Shown here: piece after piece, positions 13,341 to 13,823 of the stretch
Numbering within the stretch: the stretch's first letter is position 1
Layout: every line of letters begins with the position of its first letter
NCBI GenBank assembly: GCA_028700905.1
Contig: JAQVRT010000016.1
Span: 1 to 13,823, forward strand
DNA: 13,823 bases
Direction of reading: 5' to 3'
DNA from: Candidatus Iainarchaeum sp.
Lineage (GTDB): Archaea; Iainarchaeota; Iainarchaeia; Iainarchaeales; CSSED10-239
Notes under the pieces: generated by a model
What the model saw: only the letters and a program-made list of their open reading frames with translations
What the model was told of the DNA's origin: nothing
Databases searched by the model: none
Position numbers and translations under genes: made by a program

Positions 13341-13372
13341 TAATATATTATAATATATACGAGAGATGATTT

Positions 13373-13823
13373 ATGGGTCTTAGATCTTTTTACTTTAAAC
13401 AAGAAGAAAAATATTTTAATTTTCTAGACAGAATGGAGAAAAAAGGAATTAATCTATACAAAATAGTAGATCCTTTAGAAAAGAATGGTATACCTACTTT
13501 TTTAGTATTTAATATATTTATTCTACTTTTAATTTTATTTTTAGTTTATTTATTTATTGGACAAACTCCATTAACTGATGAAAACTATACTTTAACTTTT
13601 GTAGATTCTCAAGACCAGCCAATCTCAAATCAAGCAATTGAAATTCTTCTTAATAATAATAGAAAGATTTTAAACACTAATGAATTTGGAATTTCAGAAA
13701 TTACAGATGTTGAAATTAAATCTTATGATTTAGAAATAAGTAGTGAAAAGTATACTCTTGAAAATCCATTAACTTTAGATTTTAAAGAAAACACTTCTCA
13801 TAAGATATTTTTAAAATCAAAAA
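13373..13823 (+). CDS. 5' end of a second membrane-anchored surface protein (paralogous N-terminal module, TM anchor and first beta-sandwich repeat); runs off the right edge
   Basis: This ORF is absent from the supplied track because it has no stop codon in the window. Hand translation gives MGLRSFYFKQEEKYFNFLDRMEKKGINLYKIVDPLEKNGIPTFLVFNIFILLLILFLVYLFIGQTPLTDENYTLTFVDSQDQPISNQAIEILLNNNRKILNTNEFGISEI..., with 150 codons open to the edge. It aligns without gaps to aa 21-62 of the giant protein. Confidence 0.8.
   Translation, partial: MGLRSFYFKQEEKYFNFLDRMEKKGINLYKIVDPLEKNGIPTFLVFNIFILLLILFLVYLFIGQTPLTDENYTLTFVDSQDQPISNQAIEILLNNNRKILNTNEFGISEITDVEIKSYDLEISSEKYTLENPLTLDFKENTSHKIFLKSK

Noticed and set aside
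1-13823. Alternative genetic code (UGA reassigned, as in some AT-rich small-genome lineages).
   Set aside because: TGA cleanly ends the wHTH gene right after a complete wing (…GRKVYFIVK). All Trp codons seen are TGG, and the long ORFs are intact under the standard code. TAA, TAG and TGA all function as stops.

Overview
Limits: no homology search, structure prediction or statistics could be run. All family names are pattern-level recognitions and all coordinates of sub-features were hand-indexed.

Overview: this is a very AT-rich prokaryotic window (by eye well under one-third G+C, not computed). It carries seven co-directional + strand protein genes. I found no rRNA or tRNA genes, no transposase or integrase, and no CRISPR array. 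The standard genetic code applies, because TAA, TAG and TGA each terminate a convincing ORF.

Likely origin: every gene is followed directly by an oligo-T tract and preceded by TATA-like A/T boxes, and some genes have GGAGG- or GGTG-like ribosome binding sites. Together with a prepilin-like signal peptide that lacks Glu+5, this points to an archaeal origin, possibly a DPANN-like small-genome lineage. That assignment is inference, not proof.

Gene content, in order:
1. The 3' end of an unknown exported protein (1-327).
2. A 468-aa secreted protein with eight in-register decapeptide repeats of a tail-fibre-like type and a C-terminal half containing 10 Cys (345-1751).
3. A 154-aa coiled-coil plus winged-helix regulator (2049-2513).
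4. A 111-aa four-TM membrane protein (2969-3304).
5. A 2,659-aa giant membrane-anchored surface protein occupying about 58% of the window (3474-11453).
6. A 559-aa pilin-like protein with a class-III-type signal and a large 10-Cys globular part (11563-13242).
7. The 5' end of a second surface protein, which repeats the giant protein's N-terminal module (13373 to the window edge).

Best candidate for something undescribed: the surface-protein cluster. It comprises a giant protein that appears anchored at both ends, with a Gly/Cys-rich fusion-peptide/glycine-zipper-like plus heptad-repeat C-terminal module. Next to it sit an oversized pilin-like protein and a paralogous anchor-module protein. 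The whole cluster lies downstream of a regulator whose flanks and an unusually structured 455-bp intergenic region carry phased repeats, a perfect palindrome, C4-loop hairpins and a 56-bp direct repeat.
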